DNA from: the human T2T-CHM13v2.0 reference genome, Homo sapiens
Assembly: GCF_009914755.1 (NCBI RefSeq)
Contig: NC_060935.1
Length of the DNA stretch: 64,000 nucleotides
Direction: 5' to 3' (one strand)
The notes under the pieces are model-generated. The model was not told the origin of the DNA. It searched no databases and saw nothing but the letters and a program-made list of their open reading frames with translations. A program made the translations under genes and the position numbers. This document shows positions 37,792-54,750 of the stretch, piece by piece (positions within the stretch are counted from its first letter, which is position 1; each line of letters opens with the position of its first letter).

Positions 37792-38760
37792 AAACTCTAA
37801 CTCCCTATTTTCTCATCTCCCTGAAATTAGGGAGAATTTCTTTCCACTTGAAATGATAGAATAGGTGATTAGTGAATCCTGGACAGTCCATTGGGCCATT
37901 GGGTATCTTGCTATTTGATCAAATCCATAATGTGATAGAGCTTGTGTTTCTAGCTGCCCCTCAGGTCATGACAGCTCCCAAATCCAAATGCAAAGCAGTC
38001 AATTAACCTCTAGGGGGACAGAAGTCAGCGTGGAAGCAGGGGGTCTCAGCTCTGCTTGGACATCTGCTTGGATATCTGTTTCTATACTGGTTTCCTGGTT
38101 TCCTTCCATATTGGTGAAGGAGGGGCTTGTTTCCTGGCTAAATCCTCCTGTGACATGCTTTCCTGCCACCATGTGCCTATCTGTAGCACTAATCACAGCC
38201 ATCATTTTATATTTGTATGATAATTTGGTTGATGTCTGTCAAGATTTTAAACTCAGTGAAGACAGGCCATATCTGTTTCTGCTCATTATGGCATCTAAGT
38301 ATCTACCTATCACAGTGGAGGACGTGTAGTAGACACTCAGTAAATGAATGAATACATGAGGGAATAAGCAATGAAGATCATTACCTATTCTTGTGCTCAG
38401 GGAATAATATTGTCTTGTATCCTTCTATCACCAGGAGATTTCAAACCAGTAGGAGATGAGTGTGAAGTCTTTGTCTAGTGGGACCCATAGTGTTACAATA
38501 AATGTAATCCATGTTCATCTGCAATATAGAGGCACAAGAATAAAAATGAGGGTGGTGATGGCTTTGCTGGGAGGCCTCTCTGTGCCAGCTGCCTGAGACA
38601 TGGCTGCTTCCAAAAAGCTGCTGGCTACTCTCATGTTCAGTGTCATGCACCTCCCTGCCTCAGTGACCTTTGACATCTTTAGTAATATCTGTGATATTCA
38701 GCCCTTGCCAGGCAGGGCCTCTGTCACATTCCTACTACCTCCTTGCAGATGGCCCACGGA

Positions 38761-38761
<1 letters not shown>

Positions 38762-38792
<31 letters not shown>
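38762..38792. repeat. (CAT)10 microsatellite
   Basis: tcatcatcat run. Confidence 0.95.
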
Positions 38793-40292
38793 GATCAGAT
38801 CTTCACTGAACATCCTAATGTCCAAGGTACTGTGCTAAATCCTGGGGAAGCACGGCTGGGTGGGAGCTGGTGAGATAGTGGTGAATGTGATATGACCTGG
38901 CCTGTTTTACCATTCAGCTAGTGGGGGAGATAAGATATGCGCTTAGAAAAGCTTATGCCGAGTGCAGTGGCTCACACCTGTAATCCCAGCACTCTGGGAG
39001 TGAGTTTGAGATAGAGCTGTGGGTTTGAGCTGAGCCAGGGTGTTCCCCATTGCATCATCCACACCCCCATTTTCCATGCTCAGACACCAGTTTTTGGACC
39101 TCACTCCCATCCTCCCACTACACTGCCCAAACTCAAGAGGGAGCAGGACAGGAGTCTCTTTGAGGAAATGCTTGCCTTGTCGCTCTAGAACAGGTGCAAT
39201 GCCTTGTACCTTGCAGTACCTCATTAGAATGCTGATGAATGTAGAATGAGAGAAAGAATGAATGAGTCAAAAGACCACCCCCAATGGCACTCATCACCCT
39301 GAGAACAGCTCAGCTTTAATGGGGTGATGCAGTGCTCCTGGGTCTCACCCCACTGATCCCAGTGAAGAACATCCCACTGATGAAGTCATCCCCCCTGAGT
39401 CATTTCCTGGGAAGTGGCTTGGAGAACAAGCTCCCTTTGGCTTGCTTAGCCTTCCAGGACTTGGCTTAGGGCGCCACCTAGTGGCAGACCTAGGAAAGGC
39501 TCTCCTGCTCACTCCACTCACTCCACCCACTCCACCATGCTGGCCAGCCTGAATCCCCCAGGCTAGAACAACCGCAAACCAGGGCCCCATGACAGCTAAG
39601 TCAACCCTCCTGCAAGTCCTCGTCCCCCATGACTATATTCCCACTGTGTGGCTTTGGCCCTGAGCATCCTCTTGAGGAAAGATGTCACCATATGTCAGCT
39701 TCTTAGATGTCCTTAGGGCATCCTGCTCTCAGAGCGATCCAGCCCATGTATGGGCAGAGCTAGGGGCACTCTCCAAACCTTAAGGATTCCGGAGGGGTCT
39801 TAAAGTTTCCCAGTTTTACCTCTATATCTGCATCCTATTCATGCCGCTCCTTCTGTACACCATGTACCCCATTAGACAACACCCCAGCCTCCACACGCCA
39901 GAGTGAAGAGCACACTTTACTGAACATCTAGAGTCAGAAGGCAGGGATCAAGTGGTCGGGGGGTGAAGGGGCAGGTAGGGGGTGGCAATGTTGGCAAATC
40001 ATTTAAAGCTGAGCGTTAGACATCCCTGTTCAATCCTGTGCAGGATATATGAAGGTACAGGGATCAGGTCAACATGACGCCATTTGCAGACCTAACCTTA
40101 TAGTAGGAAGACTGGCTCCAAGGCAGCTGGGGTTCTGGATACAAGAGTGCTGTGCTGTGCACATAGACAAGAGCCCTGCTCTCAAGAAGCTTACATTCTA
40201 GTAAGGAATGGGAGACAGGCAACAGACAACTGAACAAGTAAGTAAACTGATGATTTCTGTAGTATTAAGTGTCATAAAGAAAATAAAATGAC

Positions 40293-41402
<1,110 letters not shown>

Positions 41403-42257
41403 CTAATGGGAAAGAAGGGAGGCACCTCTAAAAATGAGGTCAGGGATCTATCTAAGAAGGTGATGTAAGATGACACCTGAATGGTGAGAAGGAGACAGAG
41501 AGAGATGGAGGAGAAGATTGAACAGTGAGGAAGGAAGACAGAGATAAAGAAGAAACGGCACTTAGGATGATGCCTCAATAAGAGACTCCCATGGCAAGGC
41601 GCCCGATGTGATTCTCAAGCCAGGAAGATCAATGTGTGCATTCAATCGTGTGTCCAATCAGGGCACAATGTGGTCTCTCCTCTGAGCCCTTCATTTTCAC
41701 AAAATCGATCATAGTCATGGATGTTTTATGCAAGGGGATTTTTACTTCTTAATTTGGTTTCTGTCTTGGTTTTGGTGGAAATCAAGGGAAGAACTGAGAT
41801 TGCTACCCATGGAGCAGAACAGAAAACACACGTTTGAAAACAGAAGCCCAGAGGTAAAGGCAGGGTGGCCCACACATCCCCCTGGAAATTCCTCTCAAGC
41901 AGGGCTCCAGACCACATCAGGCCTGGGGCTTGAGATTCAAGCTTGTCTTATCTAAATCTTGAGGAGCAGGGAGGCCTTGGCTGATTTTTAGGATATAATC
42001 CCCAATGTGTATTGAGCACTTACAAGCTCTTTCCTTTCAATCTCTCTTTTCATCTTTGCATCCAGGTACCGCTGTTATTCCCACTTTATAGATGAGGAAA
42101 CTAAGGCCAGGAGATGTTAAGTAACTTGTTGAAGATGGCATAACTAATAAGTGGGAGAAGCAGGATTTAAATTCAGGTCTGACTCCATCCCTGTGCCCTG
42201 AACCACGCACACCCTACGTATGAAATATATAAATGAATTTTAAAATGAATGCTTTTT

Positions 42258-42557
42258 GGCCAGGTGCGGTGGCTCACGCCTGTAATCCCAGCACTTTGGG
42301 AGGCTGAGATGGGTGGATCACGAGGTCAGGAGTTTAAGACCAGGCTGGCCAAGATGGTGAAACCCCGTCTCTACTAAAAATACAAAAATCAGCCGGGCGT
42401 GGTGGCGTGCACTTGTAATCCCAGCTATTCGGAAGGCTGAGGCAGAGAATTGCTTAAACCTGGAAGGCGGAGGTTTCAGTGAGCCAAGATTGCACCACTG
42501 CACTCCAGCCTGGGTGACAGAGTGAGACTCCGTCTCAAAAAAAAAAAAAAAAAGAAA
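42258..42557 (+). mobile_element. AluS
   Basis: TSD gaatgctt. Confidence 0.92.
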
Positions 42558-42671
42558 GAATGCTTCTTTTGCCCCCCTGCCCCCAACATTCAGATAAAAG
42601 CACTTTCTCTCTTTTGAACTTCCATAGCAGTTGCTCTGGGTTGAAATTGGAAAGAACCTTTGAATACATAG

Positions 42672-42870
42672 GGCAGCAGTTCTCAATCAAGGCACATTGG
42701 CAATCTCTAGACATTTTTGGTTGTCACAACTAGTGGTGAGGAATGCCGCTGGCATCAATTGGATCGAGGCCAGGACACTGCTAACAACCCCAAAATGCAC
42801 AAGACAGCCCTCCACGAGAATTACCCAGACAAAAATGTCACAAATGTTGAGGCTGAGAAACCCTCCGGTA
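42672..42870 (+). mobile_element. MER20 hAT MITE
   Basis: cagttctcaa...gacatttttggttgtcacaact...gaggctgagaaaccct. Confidence 0.85.
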
Positions 42871-44544
42871 GAGGGTGTCGTCAAGGAAAGCAGCTGGCTG
42901 GCTGGAGTGATGTTATCTTGATAGTTTAACCTCAACCTGGGGTTTGTTTCTCACTTGTCAAGCCCAGAACCTTGAGTTTGTGAATTCTCTGAGATGAAAA
43001 GGTCCTGAAGAAATGATTCACATCAAACCAAAAAGCATAAGAAAGTGATTTTTAACTTTTTAGAAAAACACAGTTATCCTCCTCCAACCCAAAACAAGCA
43101 AGAATTCTTCCTATTATTAACCCTTCCACTGCCCCCACCAACACATACACACAAATACCCACTGGAATCCATCCAGGGAACTGGGCAGTAAACCCTGGGT
43201 GGTCACCTGCAGCTCAGCACCACTTTTGACTCCACCTGTCCAGAGCTACTGTGGTGGCACCTGGGGAACAGGTAAACAGAAGCAACCTTTCTAGAAAGAT
43301 CCAGACCTGGAGATAGTCTGAGATTTGCAGAGACAAAGCCAAAGGGAGAGAGCCCAGGACAAAGGCCAGTGAATTCTCCAAAGTGACGTGCATGCATTTG
43401 CCACAAGAAACCTGGTGGCCACAGAGTCCAGAATGCTCTTGTCAGCAGAGCAATAAATTCTGTCCCCAGAGAGAAGCTCACTTCAGGCTACAGACAGACT
43501 CAGCCACTGAAGCAAACCCTCAGGAAGCCAGCTGCTCATCCAGTGTGCAACAAACCCTCACAAGAGAGGTGTGCGAACTTCGTAGGCTCTTCAGCCTTCC
43601 AGAGGACCTTCCTCATCCCAGGATTGACCAGGCCAGACCCTGCTAGAAGGATTCTAGCACCAAATGCACTCTACCTTCAAGCTCTGCCTCTCAGTCCTAG
43701 GGAGACCTGTACTGTGCACTGGAGGCCCTCCCTCTCACGGAGGCTTTCTTCCTCTTGTTGGCACGTAGACCAAGTTGTGGTTGAGTCTCTCTGCAGCCTA
43801 AAGTCAGCTGGTATCTAGATTTGATCTGGGATGCGTTGACTTTCTAGTTTAGCTCTCTTGTGTCCCTTGTTTATCAGTACTACTAGTTCAGGGGGCACCT
43901 GTCTGCTTCACTCTGGCCCTGTGCTAGATCACCAGTCACTTTCTACACTGTGTTAGCGTCACCTGAGCATGTATGTCACCCTCCCCACTAAGTCTAGGGT
44001 TGGCAAGACAGCTCAGGCAAAGTCAGAATTGCAACCCAGCTGTACTGAACACTGGCTGTGTAACCCTGGGCAATGGATTTCATCTCTCCAAGTCTCAGTT
44101 GCCTCATCTATAAGCCAGAACTCCTGACTGCAGCTGGATCGGGTCGGTGTGAGGATCAGATCAGGATAGACACACGCAGTGCCCCACACCATGCCTGGTG
44201 GGTGGTGAGCACTCAGTGTGTGTGGGCTCTCATCGTCGCAGCGGATGCCCTGCACAGAGCCTGCGAGTGGGAGCTGGTGCCTCACAGCAGCAGGTGCCAT
44301 GCATGTCTGATTCAGGGAATCGGTGCAAACTCCTTGTTCATGACTTGTTTCAAGCACATATGCTCGTCTGACCAGTGCAGATTCAAGACTTTAGTAGGAC
44401 AGAAAGAACAGCAGTGTGGCCAGGTGGGGTCACAGGCTTGATGCCAGCCCTGCCTCCACCCTTTGCGGCTGTGGGACCCTGGCAGGTTACTTAACTACTC
44501 AGTGTCCTCAATGAAAAGCGGGGCAGAGGGCAACCCTTCCCTTC

Positions 44545-44990
<446 letters not shown>

Positions 44991-45139
44991 CCAAATGAGC
45001 GCATGGAGGTAAATTAGCTGGACCCAAGTAGGTACATGGCGAATGTTGGCGTTATTACCTCCCCACTTCAAACGGACAGTGCGCAGGTGACTGAGTAGTT
45101 ACATAACAAGGTTTTCTTTTCATTCATGTTTTCACATTA

Positions 45140-45390
45140 TACAGATGGTATGTAGTAGTGTATAGAGGCTAAGCACACAGGCTCTGATCCAAACTGTTCG
45201 ATCCTACCTCTGCCGCTTACTAGCTATGTAGCCGGGGCAAATGACTTAACATCCCCGTGCCTCAGTGTACTCATCTGTAAGAAGGAGTTAAAATAGTGTG
45301 GTTGTGAGGATGAAATGAGTTAATTTATATAAAGTGCTTAGAACAGTGTCTGACACACAGTAAATGCACAATAAATGTTAGGTACTATTG
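45140..45390 (+). mobile_element. MIR
   Basis: cttactagctatgt...cctcagtgtactcatctgtaa...gttgtgaggatgaaatgag. Confidence 0.8.
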
Positions 45391-46019
45391 TTTCAAGTTT
45401 GCTGAAGAAATTCTGAAAATATAGAAAAGTTAGAAGAAACATTAATTGTTTAACCTCAGAGTCTTTTCTACCCAAAACAACCACAGCTGACATTTTTCTC
45501 TGGTGGTTTTTTTGATAAAACATGAGGCCCCACCTACTTCCTCTCTTGAAAAGCTATTAAGTGTCTCTCCCTCCCTCCTTTACTTCCCACCCCACCCAGC
45601 TTTTCTGCCCTTGCAATCAATCTCTGGCCCCAGGACACAACCCAGAAGCCAGGTGGAGATGAAAAAATATTTCTATGAGCATGAAGGAAAAGCAAACAGA
45701 TGAACTTGGTGCTTTGAACCCAGCACCACTTCTCTGGTCTGTTTTCCAGTGACAGTGTCATTGGTAATTAGTATATGACATCTTGCTTCCAACAAATGTC
45801 AATTGAGATGGGACTGTTGATTTGGTGATATCACAGCATGGAGCAGCTCTAAATGTCAGAGATGTGACACATTACGTGTGATAGGCCCAGGGCCCTCTCT
45901 CAGTCATGCTGGGCAGTTCTCGTATGCCTTGGCGACCCAAATACGAGCAGGGAACACCTGTCCCTGATTACAAGGGCTTCTACTGGGCCTTCAGCTCTGA
46001 TCAGGGACCCTTTCTTCTA

Positions 46020-46205
46020 AGGAAACGGTTCTCAAACTTGAGTGTGTGTTCATGAGAGTCACTTAGTGAAATTGTTAAAATGCAGATTCTGAGTTCAATG
46101 CTTAGAAAATATCATTTAATAGCTCTAGGGACGCTCAGGAATGTGCATTTTTTATACATGGGATTCCGATGCAGGTGGTCTCAGGCCCATTCTCCGAGAA
46201 GCCCT
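46020..46205. mobile_element. MER5-type MITE
   Basis: ggttctcaaacttgagtgtg...aaaatgcagattct...gatgcaggtggtc. Confidence 0.65.
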
Positions 46206-47017
46206 AGAATGTAAAGGCTGTAATTCTCTTTGTACCTCACTGGCTTCTACAAAGACTAAGATAGAGATAGCAATAGCACCAGAGCAAAAAGGGGGAGAGC
46301 CTTGTCTCCCCTCCCTGGATGTCAGACCCATAGTCCTTGCCTTGGAAACTCAATGTCTGCTTTCAACCCTAGCACGGACAGCCCCCGTCATTGGTTTTGA
46401 AAATGGTCTGAATTTCATGCCACATGACACTATGGTATTAAGCATTCCAATGATAATGGAAAGAAATATTGTATCTGGAGTCAAATCTTGACTTTGCAGC
46501 TTATTAGTGGTGTGGCTTCAGGCAAATTTCTTCCCTCTTTGAGTCTTAATTTACTCATCTGTGAAAATGGAGATAATGAAGCCAGCCTCTAGTGATTGCT
46601 ATGGCCATTAAATAAGGTACCGTATATGAGCAAACTTAGAGCAGTGCCTTCTGCAGAGTAGACAGGAGATACTCATTTTATTTATTCAACAACTATTTAT
46701 TAGGTTCCAGTATGTGCGAGGCTGTGCTAGCTTTTAAGATGCAAAGATGAATGGGAAGCACTGCTGATCTGTAAGGTGTTCCCTGTGTGCTGGAGGAGGC
46801 ATCCAATGTCTCCATTATGAGATAGAAGGAAAGCCAAGCAGTCAGGGTTGGCTTCCCAGAAACATGACTCTCTTTTCCCCATACAAGTGTTTACCTTTTA
46901 GTTGCCAAATTGTGGAAAGGTTAGGGAGCAATGTTCAGGGCAGCCTGGAGTGGAGGACAGATTGGGTGCTGCACGGATGGTTCTGCTCTTATTTACTAAG
47001 CTGAAAATCCAAGTAAT

Positions 47018-47320
<303 letters not shown>

Positions 47321-47854
47321 AGACCCAGAGAAGAATTATGCAGACAGTAAAAGTGGTTGTGTGGTACATACATTTGTCAGGAGTCACCAAATTATACATT
47401 TAGGATCTGTGGATTTTACTGTATGTAATTGTGTCACAATTTTTTTAATTACTGTGGTATAGAATGTGGTCAAAAGCCTGTATTTTGAACTCAAATGGAT
47501 CTGGGTTGGAAATACCAGCTCCACCAATTCCTAAACAAATTGTTTAACCTGTCTAAGCCTCAACTTTCTGCCTGTAAAGTAAGGATAATGATAGTATCTA
47601 CTTCATATTATACTTGTGAGGATTAAGTAAGATAATTACTAAAAAATACATTAATACAATGTTCAACTTTTAGTTTTCAATAAATACGAGCCACCCTTTG
47701 ATAATATAGAAAAATACAATGACAGAATATAAAATATAAAAGGCAAATTCAAAATTATACTTCTGGCATGAATAAAACTGTATTTTTAAAAAACAGCTTA
47801 ATCTATGTCTAAAACAAAGACAAGGAGAAAATACATCAATATACTAGCAGCAGA

Positions 47855-47972
47855 ACATGTCTATAATTTCAGCTACTTGGGAGGCTGAGGCAGGAGGATC
47901 ACTTGAGCTCAGGAGTTCAAGTCCAGCCTGGGAAACATAGAGAGACCCTATCTCAAAAAACAACAAACAAAA
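47855..47972 (+). mobile_element. FLAM monomer
   Basis: TSD actagcagcag. Confidence 0.8.
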
Positions 47973-48507
47973 ACTAGCAGCAGTGGTTATGTCATGGGAC
48001 TATGAATGATTTATTTTTCCTTCTTGTAAACTCTCTGCACTTCCAAATTTTATTTAATAAAGTGCACCCTTTTTAAATGAAGAAAAGCGTATTTTATTTT
48101 AAATAAGAAATCATTGCAAAATCCCATTGTTTAGAAGATGGGAGTGCTTCCAAATGCTAGGGTTTGTTAGTGTTGCCTATCCCTAGAGTACTTAAAAGGG
48201 GATGAACCTTCAAAGTGGGAGAGTCAAGGAGCCAGCTGTAGGGAACCAGAGTGTGCAAAATCCAAGGAATGGGGCACAGACAAAGCTGCCATTGAACACA
48301 AGAGAATTCCAAATAATCGATGAGTGACTGAGTGCAATTTGTACGAAGCTTAACAAACTCCAAGTGGGAAAAATGCAAAGAGAAACACCCCTTGGCACAT
48401 CACAGTAAAACTGCTGAAGATAAAGTCAAATATAAAATCTTTAAAAAAAAGCCAGGAAGAAAAAGATAAATAATCTTAAAAGAACAAAAATAAGATGACT
48501 GACTTTT

Positions 48508-48922
48508 TGTTATGGGTTGAACTGTGTATCTCCCACCCCCTACCAAATTCATATGTTGAAATCCTAACCCCCGTACCTCAGAATGTGGCTATATTTGGAG
48601 ACTGTGTCTTGTCAGAGGTAATTAAGTTAAAATGAGGTCATTAAAGTGGGCCCTAATTCAGTATGACTAGTGTCCCTATAAGAAGAGGAGATTTGGACCC
48701 AAACTTGCACAGAGGGAAGATCGTGTGAAGACGGAGGGAGAAGATGGTCATCTATAGCCAAAGAGAGAAGTCACAGAAGAAACCAACCCTGCCAACACCT
48801 TGACCTTGGACTTTAGAACTATGAGAAAATAAATTTCTGTTGTTTAAGCCAAAGGCCCAAGACTGTTCCTCTAGAGAGGCCCAAGTGGCACTTTGTTACA
48901 GAAGCCCTAGAAACTTAATATA
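48508..48922 (+). mobile_element. MLT1B (ERVL-MaLR) LTR inside an old L1 ORF1 relic
   Basis: tgttatgggttgaactgtgt...ccctagaaacttaata. Confidence 0.85.
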
Positions 48923-48979
48923 CGTTTTAACAGAAACAATAGGAGCCAGCAGACAGTGGAATGATATCTTTAAAGTGCT

Positions 48980-51840
48980 GACAGACATATGTAACAGATC
49001 CACAGCCAATATCATACTGAATGGGAAACAAGTGAAAGCCTTTCTTCTAAGATCTGGAACATGACAAGGAAGCCCACTTTTACCACTATTATTTAACATA
49101 CTACTGGAAGTCCTAGCTAGAGCAATAAGACAAGAGAAAGAAACAAAGGGCATCCAAATTGGAAAGAATGAAGTCAAATTATCCTTGTTTTCAGATAATA
49201 TGATCTTTTATTTGGAAAAACCTAAAGACTCCACCAAAACTATTAGAATGGATAAATAAATTCAGTAAAGTTGCAGGATACAAAATCAACATACAAAAAT
49301 CAGTAGCATTTCTATATGCCAAAGGTAAGCAACCTGAAAAAGAAACCAAGAAAGTAATCCCATTTACAATAGCTACAAATAAAATAAAATACCTAGGAAT
49401 TAACTTAAAGAAGTGAAAGTTCTCTATAATGAAAACTATAAAACACTGATGCAAAAAATTGAAGAGGACACCAAAAAAAAGCGGGGGGGAAAGATAGTGT
49501 ATGTTCATGGATTGGAAACATCAGTATTGTTAAAATGTCCATAGTACCCAAAGCAATCTACAGATTAAATGCAATCTCTATCAAAATACCTATGACATTC
49601 TTCACAGAAATGGAAAAAATAATCCTAAAATTTATATGGAACCACAAAAGACCTGGAATAGCGAAAGCTATCCTGAGCAAAAAGAATAAAACTGGAGGAA
49701 TCACATTACCAGACTTCAAGTTATACTACAGAACTATAATAACCAAAACAGCATGGTACTGGCATAAAAGCAGACACATAAACCAATGGAACAGAATAGA
49801 GAAGACAGAAAAAAGAATCAATACATATAGAGAACTCATTTTCAAAGAAGATGTCAAGAATGTATGTATTAGCCAGGGTTCTCTAGAGGAACAGAACTAA
49901 CAGGATAGATGTATATATGAAGGGGAGTTGATTAAGGAGCATAGACACACATGATCACAAGGTGAAGTCCCACAGTAGGCCGTCTGCAAGCTGAGGAGCA
50001 AGAAAGACAGTCTGAGTCCCAAAACCTCAAAAGTAGGGAAGCCAATGGTGCAGTCTAGTCTGTGGCCAAAGGTCCGAGAGCCCCTGGCAAACCAATGGTG
50101 TGAGTCCAAGAGTCCAAAATCTGAATAACCTGAAGTCTGATGGTCGAGGGCAGGAAGCATCCAGCAAGGGAGAAAGATGGAAACTGGAAGACTCAGCAAG
50201 TCTGCTCTTGCATCTTCTCCTGCCTGCTTTATTCCAGCCACACTGGCTGTTGATTAGACGGTACCCACCCAGACTGAGGGTGGGTCTGCCTCTCCCAGTC
50301 CACTAACTCAAATGTTAACCTCCTTTGGCAACATGCTCACAGACACACCCAGGAACAATACTTCACATCCTTCAATCCAATGAAGTGGATACTCAGTATT
50401 AACCATCACAATATATATTGGGGAATGGACAGTCTCTTCAATAAATGGTGCTGGAAAAACTGGATATTCATATGCAGAAGAATGAAACTAGATGCCTATC
50501 TCTTGCCATACACAAACATCAAATCAAAATGGATTAAAAACTTAAATCTAAGACCTCAAACTATGACACTACTACAAGAAAACATTGGGGAAACTCTCCA
50601 GGACATTCGAGTAGGCAAAGGTATCTTGAGTAATACCCTGCAAGCACAGACAACCAAAGCAAAATTGGACAAATGGGATCAAATCAAGTTAGAAAGCTTC
50701 TGCACAGCAAAGAAAACAATCAACAAAGTGAAGTGACAACCAATAGCATGGAAGAAAATGTTTGCAAAGTACCCATCTGATAAGGGATTAATAACCAGAA
50801 TACATCAGGAGCTCAAACAACTCTGTAAGAAAAAATCTAATAATCCAATGTAACAACGGGCAAAAGTTCTGAATAGACATTTCTCAAAAGAAGACATACA
50901 AATGGAAAACAGGTATATGAGAAGGTGCTCAACATCATTGTTCATCAGAGAAATGCAAATCAGAACTACAGTGGGATATCATCTCACTCCAGTTAAAATG
51001 ACTTTTATCCAAAAGACAGGCAACAACAAATGCTGGCAAGGGTGTGGAGAAAGGAAACCTTTGTGCACTGTTGATATTGGACAACACTGTTGGTGTTGGA
51101 AAACAGTTTAGAGGTGCCTCAAAAAACTAAAAATAGAGTTGCCATGCAATTCAGCAATCTCACTGCTGGGTATATACTCAACCGAAGGGAAATCAGTATT
51201 TTAAAGAGATATCTGCAGTCCCATGTTTACTGTAGCACTATTCACAATAGTCAAGATTTGGAGGCAACCTGAGTGTTCACCAGCAGATGAATGGGTAAAG
51301 AAAATATGGTGCATATACACAACGGGGTCCTATTCAGCCATAAAAAAGAATGTGATCCTATTATCTACAACAACATAGATAGGACTAGAGGTCATTAAGT
51401 GAAATAAGCCATGCACAAAAAAGACAAACTTTGCATGTTTTCACTTACTTGTGGGAGCCAAAAATTAAAACAATTGAACTCATGAAGATAAGAGTAGAAG
51501 GATGTTTACCAGAGGCTGGGAAAGGTAGTAAGGGTGGAGTTGGGAAGGAGTGCAGATGGTTAATGGGTACAAAAAAATAGTTAGAGAGAATGAATAAGAC
51601 CTAGTATTTGCTATCACAACAGGGTGACTATAGTCAATAATAATTTAATTGTACATTTTAAAATAACTAAAAGTGTATGATTGGATTTTTTGTAACACAA
51701 AGGATAATGCTCGAGGTGATGAATACACCATTTACCCCGATGTGATTATTACACATTGCATGCTATATCAAAATATCTCAGACCCCATAAATATATGCAC
51801 CTATTATGTACCCATAAAAAATAAAAATAAAAATAAATAA
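48980..51840 (+). mobile_element. 5'-truncated L1MA (ORF2 RT/C-terminal remnants and 3' UTR), degenerate
   Basis: ORF2 peptides [14 protein letters not shown]...AWYWHK and SLFNKWCW; A-rich tail; TSD taaagtgct. Confidence 0.9.
49865..50410 (+). mobile_element. MLT2A (ERVL) solo LTR nested in the L1MA
   Basis: tgtattagccagggttctctagagg...attaaccatcaca; 5-bp TSD atgta/atata. Confidence 0.88.
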
Positions 51841-53512
51841 AGTGCTAATGGAAAATAACTTCCAACCTAGAAGTCTATAATCAGCAAAAATATATTTCAA
51901 AAATGAAAGTAAGGACTTCCTCTTCTGGCCAAGATGAAGTTACAGGAACTGCATTTATCCTCCCACCAGAAACATGCCCTCCCCAAATGGACAAAATGTA
52001 TGAAACAATAGTTTTTGAGACTTTGAACATCAGGCAAAAAAAAGTCAGGGACCCTTAGAGACAGAAAACAAATAAGTAGAGCCATATGATTGCCCCCAGC
52101 GAATTGCCTTGAGAGAATTTCCAGGCCATAGCATGGGTGGGGGTGGAGGTCAGTGGGGGAACTCAACCCCTATGTGGGTGGGGTTAATAGGACAGAATAC
52201 CAGAGGAGAGAGATGAACAGAAAGGGAACTTCAGATATCTAAAGAGGGTTTCCTTCAAGTGTTCAGCAGAATACTGATGATTGTACTCATAAGAAAAAAC
52301 TATCTGAGGCCAGGCAAAGAAGCTTCTGAAAGAATGAGAGAGAACAGTACCTGGTATGCAAACAGAATTGAGAATAGTGCCTGTTCCCACTGTACAGACT
52401 AGAGAAACTTACAATTCACAGGGAATTAGGTGGAGGATTCAGGATGATCTTGCCTCAGTAGGGGGAAGTAACTAGCCCTAGGCTAAACAGTACTTTAAAT
52501 TTACCTAACAAATCACAAAAGCAAGACATAAAGGATCAAACTGTTTCCAAGATACTTAGCTGCATCCCAAAACATAGTTCAAGAATAATTACAGGAATAC
52601 CACAATATCAAGTACCCAACAAGGTAAAATTTACAATGTTTAACATATATCCACAGATTACCAGGCATACAAAGAAAGAGGAAAACAAGACCCATAATGA
52701 CAAAATAATCAATCAATTGAAACCAACCCAGAACTGACACAGATATTAGAATTAGCAGAGAAGGATGTTAAAACAGCTATTATAACTGTATTTCATATGT
52801 TCAAAAAGCTAAGTACAGACATGGAAGAATATTTTTAAAGATGTAATTCTAATTTACAGATGAAAACTACAATGCCAGAAATGAAAAATATACCAGATTG
52901 GATTAAGAGCAGAGTAGACATTGCAGAAGTTAAGTGAGCTTGAAATCTTAGCAATAGAAACTGCTCAGCAGTTCAGAAAATGAAACACAGGGGAAAAAAT
53001 CATCAAAAATGAAAAGGAAAAAGAAAATAGTGTCAGTGAGCTGTGAGTCAACTTCGAGTAGCCTAATATTGGATTCCCTAAAAGAGTCCCTAAAGCAAAT
53101 GAGAGAGGAAACAGAAAAATATGAAAGGATAAGAGCCAAAAAGTTTTCAAACTTAATGAAAACTGTAAACCCACAGGTCCAAGAAACCAACCAAACAAAC
53201 AAACAAATAAGCAAACAATAAAACAAACCCCAAAGCACAAAAATATGCAGAAAACTATAGTGAGGCAGATTATAATCAATTTACTAAAAACCAATGTTAA
53301 AGAGAAAATCTTAAAAGCAGCTAGAGAAAGACATGTTACATACAGAGGAAGAATTAAGATACGGATTTCTCATCAGAAACAATGGAAGCAAGAAGACTGG
53401 AACAACATCTTCAAAGCACTTGAAGGAGAAAACAGTCCATCTAGAATTCCATGCCCGTCAAAAACATCTCTCAAAAATAAAGACATCTTCAGACATAAAA
53501 AAGCTGAGAGAA

Positions 53513-53943
<431 letters not shown>

Positions 53944-54380
53944 TTAAATCTCTTTCAAAGATAAGGGACTGTTAAACCAAAAACAGTTACAACGTATTGT
54001 GGGGTTTAGAATATTTGTAATAGCAAAATGCATGATAAAAACAGCACAAAGGCTAAAAAGGATAAAAATGAAAGTATGCTATTGTAGAGTTCTTCTACTA
54101 GGCATAAAGGACTATAATATCAGTTGAAGTAGGCTGTGATAACTTAAAGATGTATGCCATAAACCCAAAAGCAACCATTAAAAAAAATCCCCAACAGCCA
54201 AGAGTTATAGCTAATAAGCCAACAAAAGAGATTTTAAAATACTCCAAAGAAGGCAGAAAAAATGGGAAAGGAAGACAGAACAGATGAGACAAAGAGAAAA
54301 GAAATAGCAAGACGATAGACCTAAACCCAACCCAAAAAGCAAGATGCAACTCTATGCTGCCAACAGGAAATTAGCAACAA

Positions 54381-54750
54381 GGACACCGTGGCTCATGCCT
54401 GTAATTCCAGCACTTTGGGGGGCCGAGGTGGGCGGGTCTTCTGAGGTCAGGAGTTTGAGAGCAGCCTGGCCAACATGGTGAAACCCTGTCTCTACTAAAT
54501 ACACAAAAATTAGCCAGGCTTGGTGGCCCTGGCCTGCGCCTATAGTACCAGCTTCTTGGGAGGTTGAGGCGGGAGAATCACTTGAATCCAGAAGGCGGAG
54601 GTTGTAGTGAGCCAAGATGGCGCCACTGTGCTCCAGCCTGGGCGACAGAGTGAGACTCCACCGAAAGAAAGAGAGAAAGAGAGAGAGAGAGAAAGGAAGG
54701 AAGGGTGGAAGGAAGGAAGGAAGGAAGGAAAGAAGGAAGGAAGGAAGGAA
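54381..54750 (+). mobile_element. AluS with a (GA)/(GGAA)n tail
   Basis: Alu dimer followed by a purine repeat. Confidence 0.88.

Noticed and set aside
38670-38873. Poly-His / poly-Ser ORFs
   Set aside because: Translation of the (CAT)n microsatellite.
49535-50736. L1 ORF2-like peptides as an active retroelement
   Set aside because: 5'-truncated, interrupted by stops, frameshifts and an MLT2A LTR.
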